Source: an uncultured Lentisphaeria bacterium
GTDB lineage: Bacteria; Verrucomicrobiota; Lentisphaeria; JABSQK01; JAJFLO01
Length of the DNA: 32,000 nt
Reading direction: 5' to 3'
NCBI GenBank assembly: GCA_951812855.1
Contig: OX638337.1
Location: 1,380,001 to 1,412,000, forward strand
The position numbers and the translations under genes were made by a program. Numbering within the stretch: position 1 is the first letter of the stretch; each line of letters starts with the position of its first letter. Positions 28,449-32,000 of the stretch are shown one piece after another. Under the pieces are notes generated by a model. That model saw only the letters and a program-made list of their open reading frames with translations, was not told the origin of the DNA and did no database searches.

Positions 28449-29081
28449 ATGGAAACAGATGAAATAATTAGATCCATATTTGAAGAAAGTATTGAAGTGA
28501 AATCAGCACTTTTGCATGAGAAAGACTGTATTTCATGTATTAATGAAATCGTTCAATCGATTCTCAATTCACTTAGATCAGGCAATAAAATTATTTTTGC
28601 CGGTAATGGAGGAAGCTTTGCTGACAGTATCCATTTAACAGCTGAATTTGTATCACGTTTCATGGTTGAAAGAGATCCGTTAGCCGCAATAAGTCTTGGT
28701 GTCAACAATTCGATTTTAACAGCTGTAGGAAATGATTACCAGTATGAAGACGTTTTTGTTCGTGAGATAAAGGCACTTGGTCGTAAAGGAGATGTATTTA
28801 TCGGTATATCGACAAGCGGCGATTCAAATAATATTATTCGAACCGTTGAAGCTGCGTTGAAAATGGGAATAAGCGTGTTTTGTCTGACTGGAAAATCAGG
28901 GGGAATGCTTTCAACGTTGTGTCCTTGCTTAAAAGTCCCTTCTGAATCTACGGCAAGGATCCAGGAATCACATATTACAATTGGACATATTATTTGTGAA
29001 ATGGTAGAGCGACATCTTTACCCGGAACTATTTTTATGCAAAAATGTTAACAAAATACGAGAGAATATAAATCATAAGTGA
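28449..29081 (+). CDS. gmhA: D-sedoheptulose-7-phosphate isomerase (SIS domain)
   Basis: 'IIFAGNGGSFADSIHLTAEF', 'LTAVGNDYQYEDVF', 'GDVFIGISTSGDSNNI', 'CLTGKSGG' and 'RIQESHITIGHIICE' are collinear with E. coli GmhA as I remember it. Confidence 0.85.
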   Translation: METDEIIRSIFEESIEVKSALLHEKDCISCINEIVQSILNSLRSGNKIIFAGNGGSFADSIHLTAEFVSRFMVERDPLAAISLGVNNSILTAVGNDYQYEDVFVREIKALGRKGDVFIGISTSGDSNNIIRTVEAALKMGISVFCLTGKSGGMLSTLCPCLKVPSESTARIQESHITIGHIICEMVERHLYPELFLCKNVNKIRENINHK

Positions 29082-29185
29082 AAGCGGTACTATAAGTACC
29101 TCCGGCAAGTCAATTAAAAACTTGGCAGATTCGGGTTTTATCAAGATTTTGTGGTTGCGTATAAGGAGTTTTTACTCAATAAAAT

Positions 29186-29584
29186 ATGGCTTCTATAAAA
29201 AGGTTTTTACAAAGAATAATACTCGTTATTCGATCGTTTTGTTTTACATGCTTTCTTATGGAGATCGGACTTCGGGCGTTCTATGGAAATAATCCACCGT
29301 TCCTATATCCGCAAGTGCGACATGTCCCGGCAGGTTATAGACATAAATTTGCACCAAATCAATCGGATGTATATACACTTAATAAGAAGGTGGAAACCAA
29401 TTCTTTCGGTTTTAGCGATTATGATTGGGAAATGCCAAAGCCGGAGGGCAGGGTTCGTATCATGATTATTGGTGATTCATTGACTTTTGGCAATGGAGTT
29501 CTCAATGACGAAGCTTACTGGAAATACAACCGGCGGAAATCTGACAATGCTTTCGGCACGTTTGTGCAGGGATGCTTCGCATGA
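29186..29584 (+). pseudogene. SGNH/GDSL hydrolase, N-terminal fragment only
   Basis: N-terminal TM/signal, then block I 'RIMIIGDSLTFGNGV'. After about 29520 the reading frame runs into GC-rich DNA ('WKYNRRKSDNAFGTFVQGCFA*') with no further SGNH blocks. Its end overlaps the start of the methyltransferase gene. Confidence 0.6.
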
Positions 29585-31095
29585 ACAAGCTCTATTACGG
29601 CGACTGTCTGACCATCATTATGCAGGACATAGAGCGGGAAAGCGTGGACCTGATCTATCTCGATCCGCCGTTCAATTCCAACCGCGATTACAACGCAATT
29701 TACAAAGACGAGACAGGTCGTCCTTTGCCAGACCAAATTGCAGCGTTCAGCGACTTGTGGGAGCTGGACCAGGATCGGGAAAGGGCAATTAAGCAAATGC
29801 CGGTGCTGATGAGTGAAGCCGGTCTGGATGATGATGTGGCGCAGTTCTTGAAAATCTGGATGAACGCGCTTAGAAAGACACAACCGCGTCTTCTAGCCTA
29901 TCTCAGCTACATGGCCGAGCGACTTTTGCAGATGCGAGGGGTTCTCAAGCCAACCGGCTCAATCTACCTGCACTGCGACCCAACCGCTTCGCACTATATC
30001 AAGGTTATGATGGACTGCATATTCGGGCACGAAAATTTTCTCAACGAGATTGTTTGGAATTATGGGAAATACACTAACGCTGCAAATCATTTTCAAAGAA
30101 ACCATGACATATTATTGCTTTATTGCAAAAAGAAGAATTCTCATTGCTTCAATAAACAGTTCACGGAAGGAGCGGAAAGTACCAAAATTGATTACTTGAG
30201 AGGATATCGAAGGCATAGGCCGAAAGGAATTCCTCAGTTATTGGTCTACGATAAAGAAAAGGCCGTTGATGCAGTGAGAAAAGCCGAGCTTGATGGTTGC
30301 AAAATTGTGTATAGAGAGGGAAAAACCAAAGTTGCTCTTTCAGATGTTTGGCAACTTCCAATAATCGGTTCAACTTCAAAAGAACGTCTTGGCTACGCCA
30401 CCCAAAAACCTTTAGCATTAATTGAGCGTATAATTCAAGCCAGTAGTGACGAAGGCGATGTGGTCTTTGACCCTTTCTGTGGCTGTGCAACAACTATTGA
30501 AGCTGCACACAAACTGAATCGGCGGTGGATTGGGATCGACATTGCCATTCATGCAATTAAACGCGTGGCGAAGATTCGACTTGAAGATCGGCTTGGCCTG
30601 AAAGAGGGGATCGATTTTATTATTGAGGGCGTTCCACATACACTGGAAGGTGCCCGCGATTTATGGAAGCGGGACAAATACCATTTTCAGAAATGGGCTG
30701 TCGAACAGATAGACGGATTTGTTACGTCACGCAAAACGGGGGATGGCGGAATTGACGGAAGGTTATATTTCGACCGTGGCGGGAATAATCTTGAAAGTAT
30801 GATACTCGAAGTCAAAGGCGGCCAAAATATTAACATTAGCGTTATTCGCGATATCCGCGGGGCGATGGAACGCGAAGGGGTGCCTATGGCGGGTCTGATT
30901 GTAATGGACGCGTTAAGCGACAGAAAAGCCGCAAATTTTCAAATGGAAATGGCTGCGGCGGGGGACCTTGACCATCGGGGTGTTCCATATCCCAGAATGC
31001 AAATGTTAACTGTGCCGGACATCTTAGAGGGGAAGCGATTTAGCACTCCCTCGATTGCGCGAGGGCGGGGAGAAGCGCAGCCCAACCTGCTGTGA
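29581..31095 (+). CDS. Beta-class N6/N4 DNA methyltransferase fused to a C-terminal Mrr-like PD-(D/E)xK nuclease domain
   Basis: 'MNKLYYGDCL' is a typical start; an alternative ATG lies at 29572. Motif IV 'LDPPFNS' sits near the N-terminus, with 'YATQKP' and motif I 'VVFDPFCGCATT' later, which is the beta-class order. C-terminal 'FQKWAVEQIDGF...GDGGIDGRLYF...MILEVKGG' resembles the Mrr catalytic core. Confidence 0.85.
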   Translation: MNKLYYGDCLTIIMQDIERESVDLIYLDPPFNSNRDYNAIYKDETGRPLPDQIAAFSDLWELDQDRERAIKQMPVLMSEAGLDDDVAQFLKIWMNALRKTQPRLLAYLSYMAERLLQMRGVLKPTGSIYLHCDPTASHYIKVMMDCIFGHENFLNEIVWNYGKYTNAANHFQRNHDILLLYCKKKNSHCFNKQFTEGAESTKIDYLRGYRRHRPKGIPQLLVYDKEKAVDAVRKAELDGCKIVYREGKTKVALSDVWQLPIIGSTSKERLGYATQKPLALIERIIQASSDEGDVVFDPFCGCATTIEAAHKLNRRWIGIDIAIHAIKRVAKIRLEDRLGLKEGIDFIIEGVPHTLEGARDLWKRDKYHFQKWAVEQIDGFVTSRKTGDGGIDGRLYFDRGGNNLESMILEVKGGQNINISVIRDIRGAMEREGVPMAGLIVMDALSDRKAANFQMEMAAAGDLDHRGVPYPRMQMLTVPDILEGKRFSTPSIARGRGEAQPNLL

Positions 31096-31209
31096 AGTCA
31101 AGCCCCTATCTACTAACTGCGAAAGATTATCAACCGAGCAAGGTCGAACTTGAAGAAAAATTCGACATAATTCCCGCCACAACCTACCCTTGTATATACC
31201 GATATATCC

Positions 31210-31575
31210 GTGCCGGTCGCCCGCCTGTTGATGACTCCCGCACCTCCACAAGCTGCTGAAGAGCTGATTGATTTCTCACGTAATAATCAGGGGCCGATAT
31301 TTATGGAAGCAATATCTTACCGTTGGCGTGGTCATGTTGGTTATCGAGAGGATATAGATGTGGGTGTAAAAAGGGGAAAGGAATTATGGAAATGGCGCGA
31401 TCGAGATCCTGTCGGCCGCTTAAAAGATGCGATGCTTAGTTTTGGTATGATTACGGATGCGGATTTTAATTTAATAAATAGAGAGTTGGATATCTTAGTA
31501 TAAAAGGCTTGGAAAACTGCAGATAAAGCGCCTTATCCCTGTAAGGATCAACTTTTTAATTTTGTTTACGCGTAA
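31210..31575 (+). pseudogene. TPP-dependent dehydrogenase E1 alpha subunit, C-terminal fragment with internal stop
   Basis: 'GPIFMEAISYRWRGHVGYREDIDVGVK...WRDRDPVGRL' matches the E1-alpha C-terminal region. In-frame TAA at 31501-31503, after which the frame continues as 'KAWKTADKAPYPCKDQLFNFVYA*'. The N-terminal ~230 aa are absent. Confidence 0.65.
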
Positions 31576-31702
31576 TGCTGAACAAAACTATTAAATTCGA
31601 TATTTCGTTTTAAATTAACATTAGATTGAGTTGAATCATTCGAATATACTTCTAAATTTCGTTGATGATTACAAAATAAACATTTTCAAAGGTGATAGAG
31701 TA

Positions 31703-32000
31703 ATGGCTAAGACTTCATACGGCATAGTGATACGTCAGGCATTTCATTATTTACTGACAAATTATAAAGAAGTATTTACGATTGGACAGGCCTTGCATTC
31801 ATGGTATGTGCATATACCTGGCTATGCATGCCGGGACGCGGTAAAGACACTGACAGAAAATAAGATTGAATGTGAAGTTATTGATTTACGCGTACTCAAT
31901 CCTCTTGATACCTTTATTATAGCTGAGTCTGTAAAAAAAACGGGTCGATTATGCGTGGTTGATGGAGGATGGAAAATATGTGGGTTAGCCGGAGAAGTTA
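31703..32000 (+). pseudogene. E1 beta (transketolase-like) subunit, apparently internally deleted; runs off the window
   Basis: The N-terminus 'MAKTSYGIVIRQAFHYLL...EVFTIGQ' is followed within ~15 aa by the C-terminal-domain region '...ENKIECEVIDLRVLNPLDTFIIAESVKKTGRLCVVDGGWKICGLAGEV'. About 200 aa expected between them are missing. ATG at 31703; open to base 32000. Confidence 0.45.

Noticed and set aside
29283-29883. ORFs 29283-29465(+), 29487-29792(+) and 29515-29883(-) overlapping the SGNH stump and the methyltransferase start
   Set aside because: They are alternative-frame or antisense ORFs in GC-rich DNA. The methyltransferase frame carries the conserved motifs.

Overview
AT-rich bacterial chromosomal window. 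I saw no rRNA and no CRISPR array. All calls rest on reading the ORF translations and the DNA by eye; no searches or alignments were run.

Bases 1 to about 22,600 are dense, ordinary core DNA:
- the 3' part of a type III Res-like helicase-nuclease, cut by the window edge
- PBP4 (dacB-like) plus a LysM/YkuD L,D-transpeptidase
- an endonuclease III-like protein, a rhomboid-like membrane protein with a C-terminal Cys/His ribbon, and a DnaQ-like exonuclease
- tRNA-Gly(GCC) and a rhodanese
- a tightly packed minus-strand array: polyprenyl synthase, M16 peptidase, OleC, OleD
- rpoZ
- purL (PurS-PurS-PurL fusion), purQ and a tandem-domain hypothetical
- NfeD

Bases 22,600 to 32,000 look accessory and decaying:
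- a visibly GC-richer katG
- an N-terminally destroyed PIN toxin
- an IS256-family transposase remnant with a frameshift, an internal stop and a truncation
- a carbamoyltransferase collapsed to about 50 codons, followed by an intact DUF5989 gene
- gmhA
- a truncated SGNH hydrolase
- a GC-rich beta-class DNA methyltransferase fused to an Mrr-like nuclease domain
- fragments of TPP-dependent dehydrogenase E1 alpha and beta

Most worth a second look:
1. the solitary methyltransferase-nuclease cassette wedged between gene fragments
2. a GC-rich hairpin repeat family ending in TGATCTAA, with about 4 copies, one next to the tRNA
3. oleC/oleD without oleA/oleB, embedded with a peptidase and a prenyl synthase
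4. a membrane-anchored protein with two paralogous domains, start codon 5 nt from the purQ stop

I cannot point to a clearly complete novel multi-gene system inside this window.
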